NCBI RefSeq assembly: GCF_965202595.1
Contig: NZ_OZ241836.1
Location: 215,095-279,094 of the forward strand
Length of the DNA: 64,000 nucleotides
Reading direction: 5' to 3'
From: Candidatus Poriferisocius sp.
GTDB taxonomy: Bacteria; Actinomycetota; Acidimicrobiia; Acidimicrobiales; Bin134
Part shown: piece by piece, positions 44,796 through 54,529 of the stretch
Numbering within the stretch: the stretch's first letter is position 1
Layout: each line of letters starts with the position of its first letter
Translations under genes and position numbers: made by a program
Notes under the pieces: model-generated
The model's database searches: none
What the model was told of the DNA's origin: nothing
What the model saw: the letters and a program-made list of their open reading frames with translations, nothing else

Positions 44796-46382
44796 GACGG
44801 ATCCAGCATTTTGGCGGCCATAATCTTTTTGCCCCTGGTGGGTGCGGTTGCCCTCGCGCTGGTGGCCCCGTCCCGCTCGACGGTGCTCAAACCGGTGGCA
44901 GTGGCCACCTCGTCGGCCACCGGGGCCCTCACCCTCTGGCTGATGGCCGCCTTCGACAGCGGTGACAGCGGCTTCCAGTTCACCCAGGTGGCCGGGTGGA
45001 TCGATTCGGCCGGCATCTCCTGGCATGTGGGGGTGGACGGCATCTCGCTGTTCCTGGTCGTGCTCACCGGGGTGCTGTTCCCCATTGCCATCGTGGCCTG
45101 TGACCCACCCCATAACGCCAAGGCCTACTACGTCTGGCTGCTGGTGCTGGAGACCGGCTGCCTCGGGGTGTTCCTGGCGCTGGATCTGGTGCTGTTCTTC
45201 CTGTTCTTCGAGATCGTGCTGGTGCCGATGTACTTCCTCATCGGCTCCTGGGGTCACGACAACCGCCGCTACGCCGCCACCAAGTTCTTCCTCTTCACCA
45301 TGCTGGGCTCGGCCCTGATGCTGGTGGGAATGCTCACCCTGGCTCTGCTCACCGCCCACCACACCGGCAACGCCGTCACGTTCAACGTCGTAGAGCTGGC
45401 CCAAAGCGCCGGTGAGCTGCCCACCATCACCGCCCGCTGGGTGTTCCTGTCGTTCGTTTTGGCCTTTGCGGTGAAGGTTCCCATGTTCCCGGTGCATACC
45501 TGGTTGCCCGATGCCCACACCGAGGCCCCCACCGCCGGCTCGGTGATCCTGGCCGGGGTCATGCTCAAGCTGGGTACCTACGGTCTGGTCCGTTTCGGCC
45601 TGTACCTGTTTCCCGAGGCCACCCGCTACTTCGCTCCGCTCATGTTCACCCTGGGGGTGATCGGCATCCTCTACGGCGCGGTGGTGGCCACCATGCAGCG
45701 TGACCTGAAGCGCCTGGTGGCCTACTCATCGGTGGCCCACCTCGGTTTCATCGTGCTGGGCATATTCGCCCTCAACACCGAGGGACTGGAGGGCGGCCTG
45801 CTCCAGATGGTCAACCACGGGCTGTCCACCGGGGCGTTGTTCCTGCTGGTGGGGTTCATCTACGAGCGTCGCCACACCCGCCGGATCTCCGAGCTGGTGG
45901 GTCTGCAAAAGGCCGCCCCGGTTCTGGCCGCGGTGTTCACCGTGGTGATGCTGTCGTCGGTGGGGCTCCCCGGGCTCAACGGCTTCGTCGGCGAGTTCCT
46001 CATCCTGACCGGGGCGTTCGTGGCTCACCGCTGGTGGGCGGTGGTGGCCACCGCCGGGGTGATTCTGGCCGCGCTCTACCTGTTGTGGGCCTACCAGAGG
46101 GTGTTTCACGGCACCCCCGACGGCAAGAACGCGTCCACGCCCGACCTCACATGGCAGGAGAAGCTGGTGATGCTGCCGCTGGTGGGCCTCATCGTGTTCT
46201 TGGGGGTGTACCCCAAACCGGTGATAGAGAGGATGGAACCAGCGGTGAACGCCCTGATCGAGCACATGGAACGGGTCGAGGGGTTCGAGTCGCCCACGGT
46301 GGGTGATCGACCCGGCGGCAGCTTCGAGGAGCTGCGCGACCTCCGGGTGGATCACGATGACACCGGGGAGGGTCACCACTGA
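44790..46382 (+). CDS. nuoM: NADH-quinone oxidoreductase subunit M
   Basis: FAVKVPMFPVHTWLPDAHTEAPTAGSVILAGVMLKLGTYG. Start is GTG 44790 or ATG 44793. Confidence 0.95.
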   Translation: MMDGSSILAAIIFLPLVGAVALALVAPSRSTVLKPVAVATSSATGALTLWLMAAFDSGDSGFQFTQVAGWIDSAGISWHVGVDGISLFLVVLTGVLFPIAIVACDPPHNAKAYYVWLLVLETGCLGVFLALDLVLFFLFFEIVLVPMYFLIGSWGHDNRRYAATKFFLFTMLGSALMLVGMLTLALLTAHHTGNAVTFNVVELAQSAGELPTITARWVFLSFVLAFAVKVPMFPVHTWLPDAHTEAPTAGSVILAGVMLKLGTYGLVRFGLYLFPEATRYFAPLMFTLGVIGILYGAVVATMQRDLKRLVAYSSVAHLGFIVLGIFALNTEGLEGGLLQMVNHGLSTGALFLLVGFIYERRHTRRISELVGLQKAAPVLAAVFTVVMLSSVGLPGLNGFVGEFLILTGAFVAHRWWAVVATAGVILAALYLLWAYQRVFHGTPDGKNASTPDLTWQEKLVMLPLVGLIVFLGVYPKPVIERMEPAVNALIEHMERVEGFESPTVGDRPGGSFEELRDLRVDHDDTGEGHH

Positions 46383-47881
46383 TGCTCCCGATGCCGGCCC
46401 AGGTGGTTTCCCCCGACACCCCCGACATCGAGTGGTTGGCCCTGACCCCCCATCTGGTGATGGCTGGGGCCGCGGTGGTGCTGCTGACCATCGTTTCGGT
46501 GGCCGGCCGCCGGCTGCCGGGTTGGTTCGCGGCGGCGTGGACGGTGGCGGCCGGGGTGGCGGTGCTGATCACCGCCGTGCCGGTATGGCTGCGGGTACAC
46601 GACCAGGGGCCGTCCTCGGCGGTGGCGGGAGCCATTGGCGTGGACAAGTTCTCGGTGTTCTTGATCGTGCTGCTGGCCGGGGTTGTGGTGCTGGCCGCCC
46701 TGGTGGCCGATGGCTTCCTGCGCCGGGAGAGTCTGGATGGTCCCGCCTTCTATGCATTGTTGATGTTGTCGGCGGCCGGGGGCATGACCATGGCCTCGGG
46801 CAACGACCTGATCGTGCTGTTCCTGGGGCTGGAGATCCTGTCGCTGGCGGTTTACGTCCTGGTGGCCATGCACCTGCGCCGATCCGAATCCCAGGAGGCG
46901 GGCATAAAGTACTTCGTGCTGGGAGCGTTCGCGTCGGCGTTCTTGCTGTACGGAATTGCCCTGGTTTACGGGGCCACCGGGTCGACCAACCTGGTGGACA
47001 TCCAGGAGTCGGTGACGGGCCAACCCGGTAGTGACGGCGCGCTGCTGATGGCCGGGCTGGCCATGCTGCTGGTGGGGTTCGGCTTCAAAGTGGCTGCGGT
47101 GCCGTTCCACGCCTGGACCCCCGATGTGTACCAGGGGGCACCGTCACCGGTGGTGTCGTACATGGCCGCCGGGGTGAAAGCGGCCGGGTTTGCCGCCCTG
47201 ACCCGGGTGTTCGTGGCTGCCTTCGGGGCGCAGGCCGGGGACTGGAAGCCGGTGATCCTCGGCCTGGCCGTGGCCAGTCTGGCCGTGGGATCGCTGCTGG
47301 CCATCGTGCAGGCCGACGTGAAGCGAATCCTGGCCTACTCCTCGATCAGCCACGCCGGTTTCATCCTCGTGGGGGTGCAGTCCGCCACCGACGCCGGGAC
47401 GGCTGCGGTGCTGTTCTATCTGGCGGCCTACGCGGCCATGGCCCTGGGCAGCTTCGCGGTGGTGACCCTGGTCAGCGCCCCCGGCGACGAGGGGGTCAGC
47501 ATTGGTGATCTGCGGGGCCTGGCCGCCCGCCGCCCGGTGCTCGCCGGTGCCTTCACCCTGCTGCTGCTGTCGCAGGCCGGCATACCGTTCACTGCCGGCT
47601 TCTGGGCCAAGTTCGAGGTTATCGCCGCCGCCGTGGATGCTCGATCCTTCTGGCTGGCGGTGATAGCCATGCTGGCCGCGGTGGTAGCGGCGTTCCTGTA
47701 CCTGCGGATCGTGGTGTCCATGTACCTGGAGGCTCCCGACCCCGATGCCCCCCGCATCAGCATCCCCCGCGGCCCCGCCCTGGCCATCGCCATCGTGGTG
47801 CTGTTCACGGTGGTTATAGGTGTCTACCCCGAGCCCCTCACCAACCTGGCCGGCGACGCACTGCCCATCATCATGGACTAG
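46382..47881 (+). CDS. nuoN: NADH-quinone oxidoreductase subunit N
   Basis: FGFKVAAVPFHAWTPDVYQGAPSPVVSYMAAGVK. TGATG overlap with nuoM (not duplicated). Confidence 0.95.
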   Translation: MLPMPAQVVSPDTPDIEWLALTPHLVMAGAAVVLLTIVSVAGRRLPGWFAAAWTVAAGVAVLITAVPVWLRVHDQGPSSAVAGAIGVDKFSVFLIVLLAGVVVLAALVADGFLRRESLDGPAFYALLMLSAAGGMTMASGNDLIVLFLGLEILSLAVYVLVAMHLRRSESQEAGIKYFVLGAFASAFLLYGIALVYGATGSTNLVDIQESVTGQPGSDGALLMAGLAMLLVGFGFKVAAVPFHAWTPDVYQGAPSPVVSYMAAGVKAAGFAALTRVFVAAFGAQAGDWKPVILGLAVASLAVGSLLAIVQADVKRILAYSSISHAGFILVGVQSATDAGTAAVLFYLAAYAAMALGSFAVVTLVSAPGDEGVSIGDLRGLAARRPVLAGAFTLLLLSQAGIPFTAGFWAKFEVIAAAVDARSFWLAVIAMLAAVVAAFLYLRIVVSMYLEAPDPDAPRISIPRGPALAIAIVVLFTVVIGVYPEPLTNLAGDALPIIMD

Positions 47882-50371
47882 TTGACAACTTCAACACTGT
47901 TATAAAATTTGAAAAATACACTGTTCAAGTAAGTGACTTCTTCTGAAATACTGTCACAATTTTTTCAAATTACTACTGTAGTTGAGTTTACCAATATAGG
48001 ACTCCATGAAATCCCAATCCGGTAATCCGGGTTTTATTACAGGCAAAGGTATCCGTGATCGTTCCAAGCGGGCTTTCACAAGGGCATATCCGTAGTTGTA
48101 GGTGCCCTTGTGAGCGAAATCCATCACAGTCACTAGAAAGATGCCAATACCTGCGCTCATTCTCTCGTGCCTGATAATGTTTACCTTGTTACCCTTCAAG
48201 AACTCATCTGGCTGATAGAAGGCCACTACTCCCTCTGCTCCTATCGTTATACAGTTCCCCTCATAGGATGTGTCATGCCTACCGAAGCCGTCCACCCCGT
48301 TGTTAGACGCGGTACGCGTGATGTACGGCAGGCTGCCTTCAATAAGCTCTCTCTTATCGGTGTAAGGTCCAAGGGTAACAGCGAACGTTTCTCCGATATT
48401 GAAATACTCCCATTCCCTGTCAGTGAGCCGAAGATCAGATTCAGATATGGGTTGTGAATGTACGGCGTTAAGCTTACCCTGAGAAAACATAGCTCCTGTG
48501 AGTAATCTCAAAGAATACTGGAAGTCTTCCTGTGTCAACTGCCGGTAATCTCGCGTAATACAGGCCTCTGCGCACCACTCATCAGCTGGGTTAAGCTCTC
48601 TCATTTCACTGAAATATGGGACTTCATCTCTGTTGAGGAAATGCCTTACCCACTGATCTCGAATGGAAGGCCACTTGTTGTCCGGATCTACTCGACCCTT
48701 GTGCATCTCCACCACATAGCCGTCATCTTTGGCAAGTGCCAGCCAGACTTTTTTACCTTTTGGATGTGGGCGATGGGCTATAATCACCATGACGCAGGTA
48801 ACAGCGCTAGCTTTGGAGTTAAAAAACAGTTGATTTGGCATGGACAACACTGCTTCCAGCGTGTGTTTTTTCATCAACTTTGACTTGAAGTTGATGATCT
48901 TGTCACTTGTGGATAGAGCTGACTGCATGGGAATGATGGCAATACAGATGCCTCCATCACCTAAAATATCAAGGTTATTGAGTACAAACTCCCACTCTTC
49001 TTTGTCGTGTCTTTTGTTCGATTTATATGGAGGGTTGAGCATTCCTACAGTGGGCCGTTTAATTTTCATTCTTGCAATAATATCGGTATCGAAACAACTT
49101 GCTTGCTCTATATTGGATTTGCCATCTTGATGTATAAACATGTTGGAGACAGCCAGTGGAAAAATGTCAGCCTGTAGTTCAACTCCGAAAAGCTGGCTGT
49201 TCTTTATACGGGTTTCTAGTTCTTCCGATCCCTTAGCATCTGTAATCATACGTTTCATAGCGCTGATCAGGAATCCCCCAGTACCTGCACAATTATCGTA
49301 GACTATGGAGGACTTATTCACCTGGGCTAGATCTGCAAATAACTCGGTTATATGCGGTGGTGTAAGAACTATACCCAGGCCCTTATCCTTGTTGGCATAT
49401 CTCAGGAACTCAACGTACAGTTCGCCTAGGACATCCCGGTATTCATGGTTTTTGATGAAGGAGTTTATTTCGCTATCTATCTGCTGTACTAACTCTCTCA
49501 GTTCCCCATCCTTTTGAATCAAAGCTGTCTCGTGTTCAATGAATGAGAACTTCTGTTCCAGCAATCTAAGTTTTTCCTCATCCAAGTCGGCCTTCAACTC
49601 TGCTAGGACTCGTTTCTGAATATCCTTTGCCAATTCTACCGAGTCGTTTTCCGCGCCATATGATCTTTTGAAGGACGGATTCTCCAAAGCTATTAGTATA
49701 GCACTTATCAAGAGTGCTCTGTTGCTTTCAGCGACTTTGTTTCTATGTAAACGCTCATTCAATATACGAAGAAAACTCTTCAAAGAATCGTAGTCTTGCC
49801 TGTACTTATCAGGATTATTGTAGTAGCCCCGAATATAATCTGACGGAGAAAGCAAAGTTTCATCAAATATTGGAGTCGGGCACGCAACTCCTTTGAGGTG
49901 TAGAAAATGGGAAATTCTGGCATCTGTGTGAGTTTCTCCACTGATACCTATACAAATCACGTCGAATTCTTTTGATAGGTAAGACGAGTAATGCATGGCA
50001 CCATCAACCGCAAATTCGATGGGACGGTCCCGGTCAGGACTCTCATGTTTGTTCCGGTCAGCCTTGCACTCGATCACGATTAAAAGATCGGGTTCGTCTT
50101 TCAAAGTAACCAGGAACTCGGGATAACCTCGTCCTGCCCCTCCTTTCGATGCCGATGCCAGCAGTTTTTCGATTCGGCGGTGCTTGGATTTTTGCTCTTC
50201 CACTTCTACCTGGTCGGCGTACTGCCTGAAGTGGGATCGAACTATTTCCTCTGTGTTTCTCTCGTTAGGCACTGTTCGTTACTGGCTTCCTTGAGAGCGG
50301 TCGACCGGAGCACTCCATTTCACTTTCTCCATGAGCACATAGTACAGGTGGTGCGTGACAATTTGTGTGAT
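47882..50371. other. AT-rich islet 1 (about 2.5 kb), filling the space between the stop codons of convergent nuoN and the PQQ dehydrogenase gene
   Basis: An abrupt compositional switch is visible in the raw sequence at both edges. Hand counts on a few 60-nt lines give roughly 30-50% G+C, against roughly 65-70% in the flanks. No integrase or transposase is present. Confidence 0.8.
47954..50272 (-). CDS. Single-chain Type IIG-like restriction-modification enzyme (PD-ExK nuclease + gamma N6-adenine methyltransferase + HsdS-like target recognition domain)
   Basis: 772 aa. The N-terminus has PDLLIVIECK (D...ExK). The centre has VLTPPHITELFADL, DNCAGTGGFL (motif I) and MLNPPY (motif IV). The C-terminal ~270 aa show the HsdS TRD pattern ending in IPLPV. 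Confidence 0.7.
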   Translation of the reverse strand: MPNERNTEEIVRSHFRQYADQVEVEEQKSKHRRIEKLLASASKGGAGRGYPEFLVTLKDEPDLLIVIECKADRNKHESPDRDRPIEFAVDGAMHYSSYLSKEFDVICIGISGETHTDARISHFLHLKGVACPTPIFDETLLSPSDYIRGYYNNPDKYRQDYDSLKSFLRILNERLHRNKVAESNRALLISAILIALENPSFKRSYGAENDSVELAKDIQKRVLAELKADLDEEKLRLLEQKFSFIEHETALIQKDGELRELVQQIDSEINSFIKNHEYRDVLGELYVEFLRYANKDKGLGIVLTPPHITELFADLAQVNKSSIVYDNCAGTGGFLISAMKRMITDAKGSEELETRIKNSQLFGVELQADIFPLAVSNMFIHQDGKSNIEQASCFDTDIIARMKIKRPTVGMLNPPYKSNKRHDKEEWEFVLNNLDILGDGGICIAIIPMQSALSTSDKIINFKSKLMKKHTLEAVLSMPNQLFFNSKASAVTCVMVIIAHRPHPKGKKVWLALAKDDGYVVEMHKGRVDPDNKWPSIRDQWVRHFLNRDEVPYFSEMRELNPADEWCAEACITRDYRQLTQEDFQYSLRLLTGAMFSQGKLNAVHSQPISESDLRLTDREWEYFNIGETFAVTLGPYTDKRELIEGSLPYITRTASNNGVDGFGRHDTSYEGNCITIGAEGVVAFYQPDEFLKGNKVNIIRHERMSAGIGIFLVTVMDFAHKGTYNYGYALVKARLERSRIPLPVIKPGLPDWDFMESYIGKLNYSSNLKKL

Positions 50372-51805
50372 CTAACCCGCTGCGTCCAGCCGGTACACGG
50401 TGCCGTCGAAGCTCAGCGCGTACAGCTCCCCACCGGCATCCTCACCGAATGAGACCAGGGAGACGGGTGGGACGGAGACCCCCAGTTCGATCCGGGTGAA
50501 CATCCCCTGGTCGTCAACGCTCAGCCCCCACAGGTGGCCGGCGCAGTAGTCCCCGAACACGTAGGTTCCCACCAGGTCGGGAATGGCCGATCCCCGGTAG
50601 ACATGGCCGCCGGTGATCGAGCAGCCGTCCTCATGGCTGTACACGTGGATGGGTGGCACCAGGTCATCGGGGGTTGCGGTGCCGGAGAACCGCTCGTTTC
50701 CCTCGAACAGCGGCCACCCCAGGTTGGTCCCCGGCTCCCAGCCGTCGCCGGCCGCCAGCCTGTGAATCTCTTCCCACTCGTTCTGCCCGACATCGGCGAT
50801 CCACAGGTCGCCGGTGGTCCGGTCGAATGAGAACCGCCATGGGTTGCGGGCCCCGTAGGCCCAGATCTCGGGGCGGGCCCCGCCATCGGTGAAGGGGTTG
50901 CCGGGGGGAATGGTGTAGCCGGTTCCACCGCCGGCTTCGGGGTCGATGCGGATCATGGCCCCCAGAACCGAGTTCAGGTTCTGGCCGTGTCCGAAGGTGT
51001 CGTTGGCCCCACCCCCGTCCCCTAATCCGATCCAGAGGTGGCCGTCGGGTCCGAAGACCAGGTGGCCGCCGTTGTGGTTGCAAGCCGGTTGGGTCACGTC
51101 CAGCACCCTCCGGCCCCCATCCTCCAGAACCCGTTGCCCGGCCATGGGATACTCCACAACCTGGTTGTTGCCCTCCAGGTCGGTGTAGTGGGCGTAGAGT
51201 TTCGATCCGTCGGGGGAGAAGGCGATGCCCAGCAGTCCCATTTCGCATCTATTGGTGGTCAGATCGCCGATGTCCAGCACCGTTAGGGGAGGCTCATCAC
51301 CGCCGGCGGCCAGGAGCCACACCTGCCCGCCACGGGAGGCCACGTAAAGATCGCCCGGATCGCCGGTGCCCGGCCGGGCAACCAGGGCAATAGGTTCGGT
51401 CAGCGACACCACCGGGGCCAGCATCAGCAATGGCGCATTGGGTTGGTTGGGGTCGTTGGGTGTTGGCGGATTGGGTTGGTTGGGGTCGTTGGGTGTTGGC
51501 GGATTGGGTTGGTCGGGGGTTGCTGGTTGTGTTGGCTGCTGGGGTGGGGTTGATGTTGGGGTTGGTTCTGGGGGTTGGTTGGTGGTTGCTGGTTGTGTTG
51601 GCTGCGGGCGTGGGGTCGCATTGGTGGTTTCGGGGTCTCCGATACCTTCGTCGTTACCGCCCCCGCAGGCACCGGCCACCAGGCATACCCCGGCGATGAC
51701 CACCACCATTTGGCCCCGGGAGTTCGCGATCAAGTTCGCAGCAAGCCGGCTCGCTGACCGCAACCTGATGTGAGTAAGCATTCGGATCAGGAAGCTCGCG
51801 ATCAA
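50372..51805 (-). CDS. PQQ-dependent sugar (glucose/sorbosone) dehydrogenase, secreted or lipoprotein, with a Pro-rich repeat linker
   Basis: NHNGGHLVFGPDGHLWIGLGDGG, GNPF, EIWAYGARNPWRFSFD and GWPLFEG motifs. The N-terminal 24 codons lie in a 72-bp junction duplication, so TTG 51733 may be the ancestral start. A 33-bp in-frame repeat lies at 51437-51515. Confidence 0.8.
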   Translation of the reverse strand: MIASFLIRMLTHIRLRSASRLAANLIANSRGQMVVVIAGVCLVAGACGGGNDEGIGDPETTNATPRPQPTQPATTNQPPEPTPTSTPPQQPTQPATPDQPNPPTPNDPNQPNPPTPNDPNQPNAPLLMLAPVVSLTEPIALVARPGTGDPGDLYVASRGGQVWLLAAGGDEPPLTVLDIGDLTTNRCEMGLLGIAFSPDGSKLYAHYTDLEGNNQVVEYPMAGQRVLEDGGRRVLDVTQPACNHNGGHLVFGPDGHLWIGLGDGGGANDTFGHGQNLNSVLGAMIRIDPEAGGGTGYTIPPGNPFTDGGARPEIWAYGARNPWRFSFDRTTGDLWIADVGQNEWEEIHRLAAGDGWEPGTNLGWPLFEGNERFSGTATPDDLVPPIHVYSHEDGCSITGGHVYRGSAIPDLVGTYVFGDYCAGHLWGLSVDDQGMFTRIELGVSVPPVSLVSFGEDAGGELYALSFDGTVYRLDAAG

Positions 51806-52641
51806 GTTCGCAGGGGTCTCATCAACCCCTCCTGTACCACCGAGGCCACCAGATCACCGCTGCGGGTCCAGGCCGTACCCCAGGCCAAACCTCGGGCGTT
51901 GGATGCCGAATTCGACACTTGATCCAGAAAGATCCAGTCGTTCATGCTCAGCGGCCGGTGGAACCACATGGCGTGGTCCAAGCTGGCCATCTGCATGTCC
52001 ACATCGTTGCCCTGCACCGGGTGGGGGCGGGTGGCGGTGTCCAGAACCGTCAGGTCGCTGGCGTAGGTGAACATGCAGGTGTGCAGTACCGGGTCGTCGG
52101 GTAGGGTGCCGGTCGCCCGCAACCACACCTGAAGCCGGGGTTCCCGGCTCTCGGATCGTTTCGCCGGCGACCCGGTCGCATAGCGCAGCTCGATCGGGCG
52201 TTTCATCCGGCCCTGGTCATCCACCGGGAAACCGGGCCATACGAAAGGTTCCAGCTCCTCGGGATCGGGTATCCCGGTGGGGAAGTGGGTTTGGTGTTCG
52301 AAGCCGTCCTCCCGGCTCTGGAAGGAGGCCGACATGGCGAAGATGGGTTTGCCGTGCTGGATGGTGGTCACCCTGCGGGTGGTGAACGAGCGGCCGTCCC
52401 GCACCCGCTCCACCAGGTACACCAGGGGAGCCATAACATCGCCGGGACGGATGAAGTAGGCGTGAAGGCTGTGGACCGCCCGGCTCTCCACGGTGCGAGC
52501 TGCGGCCACCAGGGCCTGGCCGGCTACTTGACCGCCGAACACCCGCTGGCGGTCCTCTGTGGGGCTGACCCCCCGGAAGATGTCCTTCTCGATGGGTTCC
52601 AGATCCAGTAGCTCGACCAGATCATCCACCTCCGACTGCAT
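51802..52641 (-). CDS. tesB: Acyl-CoA thioesterase II
   Basis: LLDLEPIEKDIFRG....RQRVFGGQVAGQAL...HSLHAYFIRPGD parallels the E. coli TesB N-terminus. Double hot-dog length (279 aa). Confidence 0.9.
   Translation of the reverse strand: MQSEVDDLVELLDLEPIEKDIFRGVSPTEDRQRVFGGQVAGQALVAAARTVESRAVHSLHAYFIRPGDVMAPLVYLVERVRDGRSFTTRRVTTIQHGKPIFAMSASFQSREDGFEHQTHFPTGIPDPEELEPFVWPGFPVDDQGRMKRPIELRYATGSPAKRSESREPRLQVWLRATGTLPDDPVLHTCMFTYASDLTVLDTATRPHPVQGNDVDMQMASLDHAMWFHRPLSMNDWIFLDQVSNSASNARGLAWGTAWTRSGDLVASVVQEGLMRPLRT
52472..52551. repeat. Left copy of an 80-bp direct repeat (inside intact tesB)
   Basis: 76/80 identical to 54530-54609 by manual alignment. Confidence 0.85.
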
Positions 52642-52835
52642 GACCGGCTCATTCTACCGCCTTGAACCCGTGGCTGATGCATCTATCTGAAAATGTCCAC
52701 GTCTAACGGCCAAATAATCGGCTACCCACAAGTTCATGTCTGTAACAAACTCGTCAAACCACTCTGGTGGCATCTCATATGCTTTCTGTTTCCCTCTGGA
52801 AGTGTCCGTTTTCTACTCTAATGCATCAACATTTT

Positions 52836-53555
52836 TTAGAAGGGTAGGCGGTTGTTATAAGAAGCTTTGATTAACCGATTCTCAGCAGCAGTGAAATAGG
52901 CTTGGTCCAATTCAGCACCTAGGAAGCGTCGTTTCAGGTTTAGCGCTGCTACACCAGTTGATCCGACACCCATAAATGGATCATAAACAAGATCACCTTC
53001 TAGGGTGGCCAAATTTATTATATGTTCCAACACACGTACTGGTTTCTGCGTTGGGTGTTTAGGGTCTTTCAATCGTTCCCTGCCCATGCAGATAGGAGTT
53101 TCAATAAAGTTGTGCATATCAGACTGTTTCCCGAAGTTCCAGGTATGCCCTTTGTTCCACACACAAATAATTAGTTCACATGAGTTGAGAAATCCTGCTT
53201 TTCTGATCTTGGGTGCAGGGTTAGTTTTGTGCCAGACCATAAACTGAAACGTGTCAAACTCTGGGTCGAAAGCGTCATGCCACTGTCCCAACAAGTTATA
53301 ACTAGTGAAGGCAAAAATGTTTCCAGTTGGTTTCAAAATGCGTGTGAATTCATGTAACCACTTGGCTGGTATGAACTCTTCTCTATCCCATTCTGCTAGA
53401 TCATTGTTGAGATCAGAACGCCAGTTAAATTTCATGTTGCCAGTCGAATATGGGCTGAGATTGTATGGAGGGTCTGTGAGGATAAGGTCAACGGTGTGGT
53501 CAGGTATTGTTTTGATGTGCTCAGCGCTGTCAGCCCACACTGTTTCATATTCCAT
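52836..53555 (-). CDS. Beta-class N4/N6 DNA methyltransferase
   Basis: DLILTDPPYN (motif IV) lies near the N-terminus and DPFMGVGSTGVAA (motif I) near the C-terminus. That order and the 239-aa size fit the N6_N4_Mtase family. Confidence 0.85.
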   Translation of the reverse strand: MEYETVWADSAEHIKTIPDHTVDLILTDPPYNLSPYSTGNMKFNWRSDLNNDLAEWDREEFIPAKWLHEFTRILKPTGNIFAFTSYNLLGQWHDAFDPEFDTFQFMVWHKTNPAPKIRKAGFLNSCELIICVWNKGHTWNFGKQSDMHNFIETPICMGRERLKDPKHPTQKPVRVLEHIINLATLEGDLVYDPFMGVGSTGVAALNLKRRFLGAELDQAYFTAAENRLIKASYNNRLPF

Positions 53556-53556
53556 A

Positions 53557-54396
53557 TTATTCTCCCAAGTAGGTGTTTCGTATAGAGTCTAAAGCTAGTC
53601 GGATATAGTGTGCACTGTCCCTGTATGCTTTCAATACCCATTCATAACCGTTGTCTGATTGGCACACAAAGTTCCAAAAGTCTTGACCTATCAATAGTTC
53701 TTCGTCTGCAAAAAATTGTCGTACTCTTTCTTGTGCCCACGGTTGGCCTTCTCCAAATCTGTTATAGGCAGTAGCGAAGAAAGTACGGACTGTGGCATCC
53801 TCGGAAAGCTGATTGGTCAGTATCGTATATTGTTCCATAATAGCTTCTTTTTCAGAGCGTGCCTTCTTGTTGTCCAGGTCACCGCCTATCTTTAGTTCTA
53901 TCAGGTAGTGTTTGTTAGCTGCTCTGTCAATCAGATAATAGTCAGACCCGTGCTGTTTTATGATAGGTGAACCTTTTACTGATTTGTGCAGCTTTCTGTA
54001 GTCAGATAGAGATGGTGTTGCCCGTCGGCTTTTATAACTTTCTAATATCGCAGCGATGGTCGATATTTGATCTTCACTTATAAAGCCAGATATATTATTG
54101 TGAACCTCAAACGAGAGTTCTGCAATTTGGATTGCTAGTTTTTCTAACATGTTGCCTAGCGAACTGTCTAGTGATCGAACTAAAGCAGTATAGTATCGTA
54201 TTTCCGGCCCTAAAGCTTCAATAAAAATATTGTGTATTTTCATGTTTATCACGCCATTAGGGTTGTTTACTTCACTTTCGTGGCGCAGCTTAAACCCTTC
54301 CGCGTATGCCATCACACAGCCGCGTACAAGCGTTTCAACTGCCAGTTGCTTGGGTGTGTTGTCGTGCGTCATGCGGCCCCTGTTTCCAATTTTCAT
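53557..54396 (-). CDS. Probable Type II restriction endonuclease, partner of the adjacent methyltransferase
   Basis: 279-aa AT-rich ORF ending 1 nt before the methyltransferase start. It has a candidate PD-(D/E)xK-like core (DYYLIDRAANKHYLIELKIGGDLDNKK). It resembles the TdeIII-type family from memory only; this is unverified. Confidence 0.5.
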   Translation of the reverse strand: MKIGNRGRMTHDNTPKQLAVETLVRGCVMAYAEGFKLRHESEVNNPNGVINMKIHNIFIEALGPEIRYYTALVRSLDSSLGNMLEKLAIQIAELSFEVHNNISGFISEDQISTIAAILESYKSRRATPSLSDYRKLHKSVKGSPIIKQHGSDYYLIDRAANKHYLIELKIGGDLDNKKARSEKEAIMEQYTILTNQLSEDATVRTFFATAYNRFGEGQPWAQERVRQFFADEELLIGQDFWNFVCQSDNGYEWVLKAYRDSAHYIRLALDSIRNTYLGE

Positions 54397-54529
54397 TGCT
54401 GGTATTGTGTCAGACAGGAGTGACAGTTTTGCATTTTACCTGGTCAGATGTGATTTTGTTCATATTTGGTATAAACCTATAATAGGCCGAGCGGAGTAAG
54501 TCAAGAAGAAATACGCTGGGACAATCCTG

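Larger units (their letters stand above)
52642..54529. other. AT-rich islet 2 (about 1.9 kb) carrying a Type II restriction-modification pair
   Basis: The compositional switch begins right upstream of the tesB start and ends at the 80-bp tesB-derived repeat. No mobility genes are present. Confidence 0.8.

Noticed and set aside
52667-52773. Short minus-strand ORF (about 35 aa, MPPEWFDEFVTDMNLWVADYLAV...) at the left edge of islet 2.
   Set aside because: It could be a gene remnant or a small controller protein, but it is below any confident threshold and has no recognisable motif.
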